DNA of 62,948 nucleotides, filler included, from Reticulomyxa filosa (GCA_000512085.1; 21 parts of 21 records of this genome joined end to end with filler, not necessarily neighbours in it), one strand, 5' to 3'. Counted from the whole stretch's first letter, positions 36,841-50,085 are shown. Numbers and translations: made by a program. Notes: a model not told the origin generated them from the letters alone.

Positions 36841-39800
36841 CACCATTCCTGCCTCTTCTCAAGTCATTGTTATAGAAGAACAGTTGTTGCGAAAAAGTGT
36901 GGCAATATTAAATCGTATGACGGGGACATCAATCGCCAACACCAGAAATATAGAAATTTTAGAACATTTGATTCGCGAAGCCAAGGACGAATCTTCTCTC
37001 CATTTTGCTGTAACTATTGTCAAAGACTTAAACACACAACTTGTTTTCTCCGAATCTGATGTCAGTGATGATCGATTGATATCACTCCAAAGTTGAATCA
37101 ACTCAATGCAACTCGCGAACAAGTATTAACACACACACTCTCTCTTTTTTTGTATTTATTATTTTTATATTCTCAATAATGTGAAAAACAAAGGAAAAAT
37201 GAACAATTATTAATTCAGGTGTATCAAGCACTATTTGTAGGCATACTTTGGAAAGAGTGGGACATGAGACAATGGTTATCTGCAAAACAATTTTTTGTTG
37301 TGATAAACACTCTTTCCAAAGAAAAGCCAGCAAAACAACTTCATCTTTCTATCCGAGAGATCTTAATGCACAATCTCTCTATTTTTGATACTGACAATGG
37401 AATTGCATTGCACGATACCATCGAAAAAGAACTTTGTTCTGCATTTGATAAATTTATGCTAATTCCATGTCTCAATTACTTGGCCTTGTCAGATTGGATC
37501 ACTCAACAAGAAGAATTTTTATGTTTCAGCCAAATGTTGCAAAATATTAACTTTAAAGCCGATGAATCACAAGCGATCGACGGAAAGGTTTTGGAAGAGG
37601 CGATTACCTTCGACTTGCGCTTGCGTAGCACTGAATCTCCTCCTAACATTTCTATTGAAAACCATGTGGCTACACTATTGCAGTGCTATCCTCAGCATAC
37701 TGAACTCACTGTACAATTATTACTCGACAAAACCAACAAAAATATAAAAAATCAAGAGCTAACTCGGATACTGCAATTGATATGGACAGTTTTGTCGTTT
37801 GCTTATGCGTGTGTACATTCATTCATTTATCCTTGACAACTCTACATTGTTTTGTTTGCATCCAATAATAAATGCACAAAAGAAAGACGAAGGGAACAAA
37901 AAAAAGAAAACTTTGACAAGCAAAATGTTGCATTTTCTCTTAAAAGATAAAAAAAAACGTGCCTATTGGATTGAATTATTAGCAAATTCGAGTATAATAA
38001 GTGATCATAATCTCTTTTTGAAATTACTCCAAGATTCACTCCAAGGCTGGTTACATGGCACAGAGGAAAAGAAGGGAGATGCTAAAAACGTACCATTTCA
38101 CTCCAAAGTAATTGAATTGGTGTCCTCGGATACATTTGCAAAGGCCAAATCGTTTCATCAATCTCTGATAAAAAGTGTGAATGAAGGGTATCAAGAATTA
38201 TGGCTAAACAACAAGAAATGGACTTCAGAGGAAATTAGAAAAGTAAATTGGGAATTATGGCAACAGATATTGAATCAAATTGATAATATTCCGAAAGTTG
38301 AAGATTTGGATGAAAAAAATGTGGAGTCAGCAAGTAAAAATCTTTGTTCAAATTTGGACTATTGCTTTGAATGTCGATTGTGGTTTGAACAAAAAAATCT
38401 AATGCAGCCACGATTGTTCACATTTTTCAATCAAGTGTTGGCACAATTGATCACAAAGGATAACCTTCTCCCTATTCATATTTATGAATATTTAGTCCGA
38501 CATTGGAAAGTTATTAAGGATATTTCTTCTCATTTTTCAATGAATGTAAATTCATTACTACCACAATTGGAGAAAATTGTGAATGAGTATCGACAATTCT
38601 CCAAATTACTTCACACGTTCAAGTGTATACGTTGCAATTATTTATTTGAACATGATTTGTCAGATCGATTGAAGGAATTTGAACATCAGAGTGATAATTG
38701 GAAAGCTCAAGGATTTGCAAGTGTGAAAGAGAAATATAAAGATGAAATCCAACTATTGAAATTGTATGAACAAAAAATGAAACTCATATTGAAACGGAAT
38801 CAAAGTTCGATATTTCAGAAAATTTGGGAAAAATATCACAAACAGTGTAAATCGATCAGAGATCAAACACCTCTTTTCATTTTTAACAAAGTATTTGATG
38901 ATATGGATCATACATGGGAAAATTTTAAGCAGGTTCACAGCACTCCTTTGTTTATTTGTGTGTTATTTAAGAGAAAGAAAACACAACTTCATTTTATGTA
39001 CTCAATTCAACTTGTGGATGTCTATAGGATCTTCAAAGTGGATCGCTCAAGTATAAAGATTTGGAGTGGGTGTCCACCAAATATTCAAACGATTCGAGAG
39101 GGATTAAGAAGCGTTTAATGAGCGAAATGAAGTATCTATTTCCAAAGTATAAGGAAAAAAGACAACAAGAGATTGCAAATAACGCAAAAAAGAAATTGAA
39201 AAAAGAGATTCATTTAAAAGAGCAACTCCCATCCTGGCTAGAGTTGATGAAAGTGACAGAACAAATGAAAGAGTATCATCCTCACAATGATAAAATAAAA
39301 GAGGATAAGAAATGGAGAAAATATGTGAAAGCATTAGCAAGGATGGAGGAAGTGACAAGAACAAATGAAGATATTTCAATTGAGCAGACATCCCAATGTT
39401 ACGATGATTGTATCGAATGTGTGGGTGAAGGTGCCAAACCCTGCATGGACATTGGTCTTTTTAATGCCTTAACTCGTTGTGAAGATCAATTAAAGATATT
39501 GGCAGAAAATCAAAATTTTAATGATGAAGCATACTTTGACAACACATTGAATGTATTGAGAAAAAATAGACACCAAGCAATTCAAGATTTGGTCACTTCC
39601 TTGCGATGTGTGAATTCCACAATGCAAAACACATTGTGGAAATGTCCATTGGAAGATATGACTAGCTTGGCCAAAGCCATATTGAAATTACACCCCAAAG
39701 GCCAAGAATTTGTCAAAATGATAAGAAAATGTTGTAATAAAGATTTAAGTACTATTTCTACTATCGTCAATGAGGCAGACAAAATTCGAACTGAAGAAAG

Positions 39801-40814
39801 TTTGAAGCAATTGAAAGATGCAATGGCCTTTGGGGAATGGCAATTTGCAAGTTGTGAGGATGTACTGCAAGGAAAAAAAGGAAAAGAGTTAATGTTGAAA
39901 ATAAATGATACCACTTGGTATTGTGAGGAAATTGGGGAAAATGTTGATCGTGTATTGCTTGGAGTGAAAAAACAAGAGTTGAAAGAGATTGAATCTGTCA
40001 TCCAACAATTTGAAGAGTGCAAGGAAGTCAATTCATATCGAATCGAATTTTGGAAAAAGGGAGGACGAATTGATATTATAAATGATAATAAACGAAAAGA
40101 AGAACAAATTTACGACGATAAAAAACCATTTTGTTTATCCGTAGCTTTACAAAAGGATGAATTTGAAAATTGTAAAGAGCTTTGGAAACAAAGATTAATG
40201 GAATGGAAAAAACAATGTTTGGAATTACGGAAAAAATTTCCAGTACTCAATTATTTTTGTTTTAATCAAGTGCATTTTTTAATCAAAAAAGTCAATCAAT
40301 TGAATATGCCCAACTGTCCTGATCGTGCCATTAAAGCATCCAAATATATCAAACCCTTTCTTCAAAAAATTAATTGTGATGTCACTGATCGTGATGTCAA
40401 TAATGTATTGAAAGATTGGACAAATTTTAATTCCAAAGATCTTGATCAATACAATTTTAATAATAACAACAATTTTAGACAATGTAGAGATTCAATTGCA
40501 AAATTTGGAAAAATCCTCAATCCTATATGGATGTCGTCTCAGCATAATTGTGTGGATGAAAAACCATTTTCCATTGGATTGCATGCAGGCAAACCCAATT
40601 TGATAATTGGATCCAAAGAATTGCTATTTGAATTACTTGGTTTATTTGAATCCCAAAGATTCATCCCACGAGCAGAACATATTTTGATTTGCAATAAAAC
40701 AACTACCGAAGAAGATATTGCCTGTTTAATATTCCGAGCCATCACAAATGATAAAAGAATGCCATTAACAACTACATTAACAAACTCAATAACAATAACC
40801 GAAACAAATCACAA
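36841..40814 (+). CDS. RNF213 (mysterin)-like giant protein, internal fragment upstream of the AAA+ core
   Basis: More than 1200 spliced helical residues, then LRKKFPVLNYFCFNQVHFL and GKPNLII..PRAEHILICNKTTTEEDIACLIFRA, resembling RNF213 YLNFYTAEQL and GQPNLVV..EVLLCTPATTFEEVALLLRR. Confidence 0.7.
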
Positions 40815-40914
40815 NNNNNNNNNNNNNNNNNNNNNNNNNNNNNNNNNNNNNNNNNNNNTTAATTAATTAANNNNNNNNNNNNNNNNNNNNNNNNNNNNNN
40901 NNNNNNNNNNNNNN

Positions 40915-41724
40915 ACCAATAGTACAATCAGTCAACGGAATAAATTTGGAGTGATCAAGGGTTTGGTAAATTTATAAACGAGGAAAATGACAAAGTGTTC
41001 GGGGGTAGCTCTCAAAATGCATGGGGCTCCTTTGGTGCTGAGGATAATAAATTTTCAGCGACTGATTTTAATCAAAATGATAACAACACAGGAGAGGAGA
41101 CATGGAACTTCAATAACGATTCCACTTCCCCAAAGCAAAATGCGGAAAATGATGATAATGAAGGAAACGAAGACAATTGTATTGAATGCACAGTACAACC
41201 ACTCGTTGAATTGCAAGAGAAAGATGTTCCTACTGGTACAAGCGATGAAACAAAGCTTTATGAATTGTTGAGTGATAGTTACTCTCTCTCTTTGTTGTCA
41301 CTTGATAAATTATATAATCTTATATTTATGGTTGATTGTGTGCAAATATTCAAGCCATTTTAAGCAATTATATCGATGGGGCAAAGATGTAACAAATAAT
41401 CCAATGTGGAAAGCTCGATCTAAAGATAGTGTAATTGAATTTTGGCAAGGTAAATCGGGAAAGATTCGTATGATTTGTAGAGAAAATTTAACAGAAAAAT
41501 TACGATTGAATCAATTTGTTCCGATAGACATTAAATTGATTGAGAAAGACGAAATTTCTTGTCAATGGGGTCCATCAATAGATGAAACAATTGCTCAAGA
41601 AGAATTTAATCAAGGTTTATCACAATGGGCAATCAAATTTGAGACTCTTGAAACGTGTAAAAAATTTCAAGAGATGCCACGAGGTGCATCTGAAAATAAC
41701 AAAATCATCAAAGACAATAATTGA
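40915..41724 (+). CDS. RanBP1-type Ran-binding domain protein with FG-like N-terminal stretch (nucleoporin-like); partial
   Basis: PLVELQEKDVPTGTSDETKLY, intron, then LYRW..WKAR..KIRMICRENLTEKLRLN..CQW..WAIKF; upstream FGG and SFG motifs. Confidence 0.8.
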
Positions 41725-42275
41725 GTTGTTTTATTTTTCTAAGGAAATTTTCTTTGACTTCTTATTATCTATAGCATGTATTTTCCATTGCAACATCATT
41801 GCTAGTTCTCAGTATAGTTCATCATTTCATATAAATGTCAAAAAGTTTAGATTTACTGCAATAGCATCATGCAACAAATATTTTCTGAAAATTATTTTAA
41901 ATATCGTTAAAATGTATATCAATTTCTTTTTTTATCAATGAAAAAAATATTATCAACTTAATCAAGCTACGATCCTAACATGTTAGCTGGCAGTCTGTTG
42001 CAATTGAAGCTTAAATTAAGTAGATAATAAGTTACCTATTCAGGTAGTTAAAAATCCTATTATTGTCTTGGTCCCTTAGGCTTTATAAAATTTCATGCGT
42101 TGATGTATGTGGCAAAGAAATTGGTGATACAACTAACTTAAGTCAGAATACATTACTGAAACAATTAGAAATACTCAAAGGATACTTTTTGGACGGATCA
42201 GAAGTAAGAAGAATTTATCAAGTATTCTATCAAAAAATTTCAAGAAGTTGAAATAATATTTTACACTTTTGTTAC

Positions 42276-42797
42276 TTATTTTTTTTTTTTTTCTCTTTGT
42301 GATTTTTTGATAGTAGTGTCATAGGCATCAATTGGTTTTAGCCCATGTTCTGTCATTGTGACTAAAAATGAGCCAGGTTCCAAAAATATTCCATCCCCTT
42401 CCTGCTTGATGGATTTTGAATTAGGGATTTTGTTTTGTGTCATATCTTGATTTTGCTTTGGCAAATCAGTAATATGGTATTTTGATAAACCATTAAAAAC
42501 ACACTCACGGTTTATGCTCAAGTCATGTTTGGCAAAATTCCATTTTAATTTTTCAAAATCAGAATATTTCATTCCTTCACATGGTTTTATTGCAAGTGAT
42601 TTACTGTTTTGATCGCCACTTTCTTGAAATTGGAGAGTTTTTGAGTTTTGATCTTCAAGTGTTTGTCGTACCACTTCAGTTGACAATCCGTTTATCTCAC
42701 ACTATTGAATAATAAAGATAAAACATTCATACAGTATGCAAAAACTCAGAAGGTTAATATTTATACCTTATTGGAGGATTTCGTCTGGACTTCTTGA
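42276..42797 (-). CDS. Hypothetical protein fragment
   Basis: 136-codon open exon with an upstream intron; no family recognised. Confidence 0.35.
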
Positions 42798-42897
42798 NNN
42801 NNNNNNNNNNNNNNNNNNNNNNNNNNNNNNNNNNNNNNNNNTTAATTAATTAANNNNNNNNNNNNNNNNNNNNNNNNNNNNNNNNNNNNNNNNNNNN

Positions 42898-43073
42898 GAT
42901 ATTCGATCAAATAAGAATGAATTATTTATGATCAAAGGAGATGAGAAAGAAGATGATGGAATAATTTGTCTTAAATATATTGTATTGAAAAAGAAAGATA
43001 AAACAAAAAATGTTGCATATGATTTGAATTTGTGTTATGGCTCAAATAATGGTCCCATTCGTATTTGGGGATA
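42898..43073 (+). CDS. WD40 family gene, 3' end
   Basis: DIRSNKNELFMIKGDEKEDDGIICLKY..LCYGSNNGPIRIWG-stop, paralogous to 31800-31980. Confidence 0.85.
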
Positions 43074-43640
43074 ATTTACTTTTTTTTGTCGGATAATAAA
43101 GGAAATTGTTTTTGTTTGAAAAGTTTGATTAAAAGAAAATTAAATTTTTTTAATTTGATTGAATGCAAACATTGAAGGATTTGTTTTATCTTAATTTGTT
43201 GTTTAAAAAATTGAAAAGTATAATAAATAAAAATTTTATTCAAATATCAAAATAAACTGCAAGTTATTTCAAGTATTTCGATTTTTTCATTGCAACTAAT
43301 TTTTTTAGATTACTTTTTTTTGTGTTTATTGCTATTGTTTTTTGTATAGTATTGAACCTTCAAAATAGTATAAAGTGAAAAGAACAACATGACACATTAT
43401 GAAGAATTTTTTATATTATCTTATATCATCTAAGATAATCTCAAGAAAAACAAGAATTAGTTAATTTCTGGCACAACTTTATTTGCTGTATTTAATAAAA
43501 ATGCTTAAAAAAGGAGTTCTATTCATACAATTAAAAAAAATCAATATTCCAAGCATTTTTTGTTTATCTTCCAAACCTTTGAATCTCTCCAAATACTTTA
43601 TTTTATTAATAAACCAGTTTGATTGCCTACTTTCCAAATA

Positions 43641-43767
43641 TACAGTATATTGCAAAGAAAACTGAACGCCAAAACGATATCCTATGATGATAATTGATTT
43701 TTCATTGAGAAAATCAATTATCATAAGATATGTTTTAGGCGTTCAGTTTTCTTTGCAACCTACTGTA
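43641..43767. mobile_element. Tc1/mariner-type MITE, nearly fully palindromic
   Basis: TA|CAGTATATTGCAAAGAAAACTGAACGCC ... GGCGTTCAGTTTTCTTTGCAACCTACTG|TA; arms of about 60 bp; TA flanks and CAGT termini. Confidence 0.75.
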
Positions 43768-43832
43768 CTTTTCGTTTAATCAAACTTTTCAAACAAAAAC
43801 GTTTTCATTTCTTATTCGATAAAAAAAGTAAA

Positions 43833-44111
43833 TTATCCCCAAATACGAATGGGACCTTTCCATGAACCATAACACAAATTCAAATTATATTTAATATTCT
43901 TTGTCTTCTCTTTCTTTTTCAATTCAATAAATTTAAGACAAATTATTCCATCATCTTCTTTACATCCTTTCATCATATAAAATTGATTCTTATTTGATCG
44001 AATATCCCAAAAACGGATTGTATTATCAATTGATCCAGAACTTATCACATTTGAATTACCACTACTATCATTTATTACAAATGGTGAATATTCCACACAC
44101 CACATCATTTG
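43833..44111 (-). CDS. WD40 family gene, 3' end
   Basis: VEYSPF..SNVISSGSIDNTIRFWDIRSNKN..LCYGSWKGPIRIWG-stop. Confidence 0.88.
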   Translation of the reverse strand, partial: QMMWCVEYSPFVINDSSGNSNVISSGSIDNTIRFWDIRSNKNQFYMMKGCKEDDGIICLKFIELKKKEKTKNIKYNLNLCYGSWKGPIRIWG

Positions 44112-44260
44112 NNNNNNNNNNNNNNNNNNNNNNNNNNNNNNNNNNNNNNNNNNNNTTAATTAATTAANNNNNNNNNNNNNNNNNNNNNNNNNNNNNNNNN
44201 NNNNNNNNNNNCGGGTTTTTTAAAAAACCCGGAATTCAAACCCTTTCGGTTCCAACTAGT

Positions 44261-45267
44261 ATGGCGATAAATGGACTGTATTGCGTTTCCCAACACATGA
44301 CAGCATACGTAATGAAAGATGACGAAGCGAATTCAAAACACATGTCGAAACTATGTGTGCTATCAGCAAATGATGGCGTACAAAATCATCCAATGTGTTA
44401 TTGCTGTGAGCACATGGAAGAGTGGTTTGCATCGAATGATAAGTCTTTGAAAAAAAACCTGACGAAATTGGTTTGCAATGATTTGTGGAAAGCTAGTCAA
44501 TGTCCGCCGCTGTTTGACAGCTCATTGTTAATGACGTGGATAATCACCGAGCAATTCAAATTGGGGGTAATTCTGGAGTACGAGATTACGACACTGTAGC
44601 GTGCATGAATACCCAAAGTGAAAAGTATAGTCGGGATGTGCATACGTTCGCCTCACTGAAAACTCATAGTCAGAAAGTTGTGCAACCTGACCCGTTTTGC
44701 CCGTACGGATATCTGGCAAGGTCTGTCTATGGCAGTGGATGTGAACTGTTCCCAAAGACTGGTACTGTTGTCGTCGTGGGTGGACGACAATTTTTGGGAC
44801 ACCTGAATCGATCTCCACATGAAACGTTCACTAATACAGTTCAAATTTGCTACAACAATGGACAGTCTTGTCATGTCAGCAAAACGCTACGATTCCCCAA
44901 TGGAATTGCCTACCCCACTGTCGTTGTCTTGGATGATGAGTGTCTGTTTTTGGTCTTGGGTGGGTACACTGCCGATGGACCCACGCGGGACATTTGGGTT
45001 GGCGATCTATGCACGGAATTGTGGCTCTTTCGTGGTCGTAACGCTTTGCCTCAGGAAATGGTCGAATTTGGACTTGTCAAAACTGATCACGAATTATGTC
45101 TATTGGGCGGACAAATTCAAACGCCAGATGAAATGTTTGATTTGGATGACAAGGTTTATTGCGTACCGTTTCATGTGTTTTCAAATCTTGTTCCCCGTTG
45201 TCCAGAATGTAACCAAAACGCTGGCTATCAGGAACAATCTACTGCGTCTTTTAAAACAGAGCTATGA
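44261..45267 (+). CDS. Kelch-type beta-propeller protein; apparent 1-nt frameshift near 44523
   Basis: Repeated hydrophobic-GG motifs (AIQIGG, VVVVGG, FLVLGGY, LCLLGG); two overlapping ORFs and no evident intron. Confidence 0.65.
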
Positions 45268-46010
45268 TTTCTGCCGCAAAAAAAAAAAATAATAAACAAT
45301 TTTGGTAAAATATGTCCCAATTTTTGTGATTTCGATTCTGTTTGTCTTTTTAACTTTAGTTGTTCGTATAATTTTTTCGTGAAAAAGGATACATTCGTTT
45401 TTCCTCATACTCGAGTATTTCAATAGAGATGTTCGAATTCATTAAACTTTTTTCCTCGTATCTAAAAACTCGGACAAACACGTGTGCATAATGTATTGAA
45501 AACAAATGCACTTATGATCAGCAATACTAAACTAGCTTCTCAGGGGAGTTGACACGGACTAAGCACCCTTTACATTTTTAGTTCTAAAACCTTTCGTTAG
45601 AGAAAGAGAGCCAACCAATTTAGTACAACTTTTTTTTCATCATTGCACTCCAACACAATTACATTCTTTGCTAATTTTTAATTAGCTTTGACTCTCCCAT
45701 ATTTTTTGCCAGTAAATCCGAAATTGTTAGAAGGAAAGTCGGAATCTTAATTTTACAAAATTTGCACATGTTTAAACATTGACAGAGACAATTAAAAATG
45801 TTTCTTTTTACGGAGTGAAAAAGAAAATAAATGCTGTGCGAAACGCAAACGGAAATAATCAATATACAAAAAAGATGATTGTGCATCTTCTTTCAAATTA
45901 AGCAAAAAAGAAAACCAGTTTTCCTTTACACTAAAAAAAAAATATTGAAAGTAAAGGTTTAAATAAGAAAAACAGCAAGAAAAAACAAATGAACAATCTC
46001 AAGATTGTTT

Positions 46011-48408
46011 TTAAGATTCGAATAGTTTATCGATCGCTGCTTTTGCGGATTGTTCATCTTCAAAATTAAACGGTTCTTGATCACCAATGTTTTCAACAGA
46101 AACGCTGTCATCCTCGGGCCAAAACGAGCTGACAAAGGTGGCAGCCTTTTGACAGCACCGATGAGAAACGGATTCGGTGGCCTGGATGGATTCGAGTTTA
46201 TCGACTCCTCCAAGTCCTTCTATTTTTTCCGCCAAGGGGTTAAACGCACTATCTGCTCTGTGGAAGTATCTGTTATAAGCAACCAAACACATCATCAACG
46301 CTTCCATGGCCATAACCAAAACATTCTCTGGATTTTTGATATCTAATAAGTCCACCATTGCTTCGATGAACCCAGCATCGGTTAATATTCCAATTTGCTC
46401 AAACGATGACGAATAAACTGCATTGGATAAACACCAGCCTGCTTCTTTGCGAACATTTACATCACCTTGTTTGCAAATGTTTACTACTTTTCTATTCCAA
46501 GCAGACATTGACGAAAACAAAGCAATAAATTAATAAAAATGAAATACCTTTTAAAAACAAATTCCTTAAAGTCACTTTGTTGTTGTGTTCAAGATATACA
46601 AGTATGTGTACAACGAAAAAGTGCTTAGACAATAAAACTGACTTGACAAGGGCCGCTTTTGAATAGAAAAGATTCAATTGATTGGCAGTCCCAGCCACGA
46701 CATTCGACAAAGCCCAACAAGCTTCTTTTTTGACATTATTGATCCGATGATCAACGCCAATTTCAATCACCTCATAGAAGCCAGCTGCCACTACTTCCGC
46801 TGTTTGCCGATCTGACCCACTCACTATGTTTCCCAGTATACGTATGCAAGGTGCAATCAAACAATCACTTACGTGTAGTTTCTTACGAATTTCCGCCGGA
46901 ATGTTTTCATCCGCCTTTGAGCCATTCCGCGCAGCTTCAATTCTTAACTACAAACAACAATACATTATTAATTACACGTAATCCCAAATCACAAAAGAGT
47001 TTGCACCATAAAAACATACCCAAAAAAAAAAAAGAGTTACGTATATATTGCAATTTAAATTAAACTTCGCTAATTTGAGCCCAACTTTCCTCTCCTATTT
47101 TTGCGGCATGCTTTAGCAAGTTGATAACCCGTTTGACGGCCCCAGTTTGAAGAATTGCTTCAATGTGCCGCGTTGCAGTCGTGTTTTCATCCTTGTTGCT
47201 CTTGATCGGCTGTTCATCAGTGGTACTATTATTTGCGCCCGTGGTTTCTTCCTCCTCTCGATCTTCACTTAAAAACGACACTGCCCATAAAATGTCGATA
47301 ATTACGTCGTAGTCTTTGGTCTGGTCAAGCAGCTGGTGCAAAGGGACCAACATTTTCGAGACACGAGTCCAATCGGGAGATGGTTTGCCTCGACACATAT
47401 TGCTCAACGTCCAGACCGCATTTCGCCTCATGCTATCGGGAAACTTGAACAGATTTTCGAGGATAAATTCCATGACCCCACTCTGTGTTTATTTATTGAA
47501 CAATGTTTAGTCAGCATTATTGTAACCAATCCTTTTTTTTTTTTTTTTTTTGTGGCAAAGTGCTTTGCAAGGAAAGTGTTCCTATCTTTTATTTTTATTT
47601 TTTGGCTACCTTTAGCACTCTGTCTCTAAGAGGTGGTGAATCTCCAGCAATGTTACCGAGACCCCAGATAGCCTGGTCTTTTGTTTCCAAACGCGGGTTG
47701 TTTTTCAGCAATTCTACAAACCCTTCTGTGCAACCCATGTCAGCCAATTTTCGGGTGTGTTTGCGTTCCCCACTGGCAAGATTAGTCAAAGCCCTAAAAA
47801 AAAATATAATTTTTGTTAACACATTTTTTTTTTTAACAGCAACAAAAAAAAATGCACACAAAGCAAAACAAAAACGCACATACGTATACACAAAAGATGC
47901 AAAAAGCATACCATGACGCCTCAAATTGTAATTTGAATTTCTTTTCATTTTCCACAGATGACTCCTCCGTAGGTTGAACCAAAATCTTTTGCTTAACAAC
48001 TTTGATCAAATATGGCACTACATTGGTGTCAAGCACTTGATCAATAGGTGGCTTCTCTTCAATGCTTAGTAATTGTCTCACTGCTTCCACTCCTTCCACC
48101 ATCAATTGCAAATTACCTGATTTCACTTTTTCTATAAACTTATTCAAGTTTTTGATGTGTATCTCCGAGGTAATTCCTCCAGGTTTGCGCTCTGGCTTTT
48201 GCTCACAATTTCCTGTATTGATATTCTCCGTATCGTGGTCATCCTTGATTGCACTTGCCTCTGTTTCATTCAATGCTTTCCGACGCTTGTTCAAGTGTCC
48301 TTCACGGATTTGTCGGCGCAAATTCAGACGCTCTTCCATTCGTTTTACTTTTCCTTGCTGAAAATCGATTCCTCGCTGAAAATCACGACGATTATCGTCA
48401 GTAAACAT
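46011..48408 (-). CDS. Importin subunit alpha
   Basis: IBB domain (RMEERLNLRRQIREGHLNKRR), EKPPIDQV, ARM repeats (QFEASWALTNLASG, QAIWGLGNIAGDS, RNAVWTLSNMCRGKP, KKEACWALSNVVAG). Confidence 0.95.
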
Positions 48409-48993
48409 TTTGTAACAAGTCGGAAAATTCAACAGCAACGGAAAGATAACAACGGGAACGGATTTACAGTCCAAATTATGAAAATTTAAAAAAAAGGGAA
48501 ACGAAATACAAAAAAACGATTAAATACGTCAATTTCTGCTTTCATTTTGTCAAATTCTGATTTAAAATTTTTTTCCATTTTTATTTTGTCGTAGCTGTTT
48601 TATCATTTGCCTATTGAAAGAGATGCTCTTTTTTTTGTTAAAAATTGCACCTCTCAGGTTTAATTCATTATTGTTACAAATCATTTAATAAATTGTGAAG
48701 ATTACAATCCCAAAAATACTGGAAATTATTTGTATTTTAAAACCATGTTTTGCCAAAAAAATTTCAAGTTGCTGAGTATACAATGATAAGATGTTTTGCA
48801 ATTAATCCATCGCCCTTATCCGTTTGATCAGTTCCTCCACAAGTACACAAAATTTTTTTTATAGCTATATGTAAGTAGAATATTGACAATATTATGTGGC
48901 CTAATATTTGAACAACTACCACCACATCCGTGACCAAAACAAAAGATTGCTCCATGAAATATACACAAGAGAAAAAAAAGGAGCATAAGAAAA

Positions 48994-49970
48994 TTATGAT
49001 TTTTCAATGAGCGCAATAACAAATTGTTTTTCTGATGGAACATTTGCTAAAGCGGTGGTTGGGTCCTGTTTGTTTTTCCAAACAAAGTTTTGTTTGTTGT
49101 TATCTTTAGTTGAATCAAATAAAAATTTTTGTAAAGAAAAAGATACCAAAGCTTCACATCGCAAAAGTGTTGGTCCAAAGATGGTGGCAAGGTTATCTAA
49201 TCCCATTAAGGTAACTTCAACATTTTGGGGCTGGATTAACTCCCGAAGGAAGTTTACTAAATATTTCAAAGTTTCACGATTGACCGCAGGCAATTGTGAA
49301 AAAAACACTTCAAACTGTCCTTTGTCTAATTTTCTTTGCTTTGCCATTTCCACACAAAAGTCATAGTATAACTCGGGGATTAACGGGTCTATGGAATCAA
49401 ATAAAGCAATAATTTTTTTTTTTCCCTCTCAAAGATAAAATGAGCAAAAAAAAAAAACAAACCTTCGATCGAACGAAGCCACTCTTTCAAGCAATTTGCA
49501 AAAATGTGAACATTTTGGTCATCAAAAGAAAAGTCTTTTACCCGTAACTGTATTAAGATTAAACACAATATCAAGGTAAACAAACAAGTACAAGAATTGC
49601 AAATGCGAACTTAAACGTATATCGTACACGTATAATATATATGTGTATATGTACTACATAGTATAATATACAGATATATGAATGTATATATGTATGTGCA
49701 GTCTCTGTCTCTATTCTTTCCTTGTTTCGAAGCTTTTTGACGTCTAAAATGCTTGCCGATTTTCGGAAGATCCCCTCAGTGCGAAAGCCATCCAACTCTT
49801 TGACTTTTTGACACAGCATGGGGACGATGTAAGGAATAATGGCACTTGAATCCATTTCCTTGGTGACAGCCATCGCATCTTCAATGGACAAAAAGACGTC
49901 CCGATACTCGAAATCTAGAGTCCCTTTTTGTTCTTCTGTGGGCACGTATGTGCCATGCTTTTCCACACTT
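48994..49970 (-). CDS. Rho GTPase-activating protein, C-terminal part
   Basis: IPYIV..GFRTEGIFRKS (arginine finger), LKEWLR, LPAVNRETLKYL, MGLDNLATIFGPTLLR. Confidence 0.9.
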
Positions 49971-50085
49971 TTGTTTTTTTTTTTTNNNNNNNNNNNNNNN
50001 NNNNNNNNNNNNNNNNNNNNNNNNNNNNNTTAATTAATTAANNNNNNNNNNNNNNNNNNNNNNNNNNNNNNNNNNNNNNNNNNNN

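Noticed and set aside
32665-40814. NACHT-WD40, lamin and RNF213-like genes as one immune island
   Set aside because: They are on separate contigs divided by spacers; adjacency is artificial.
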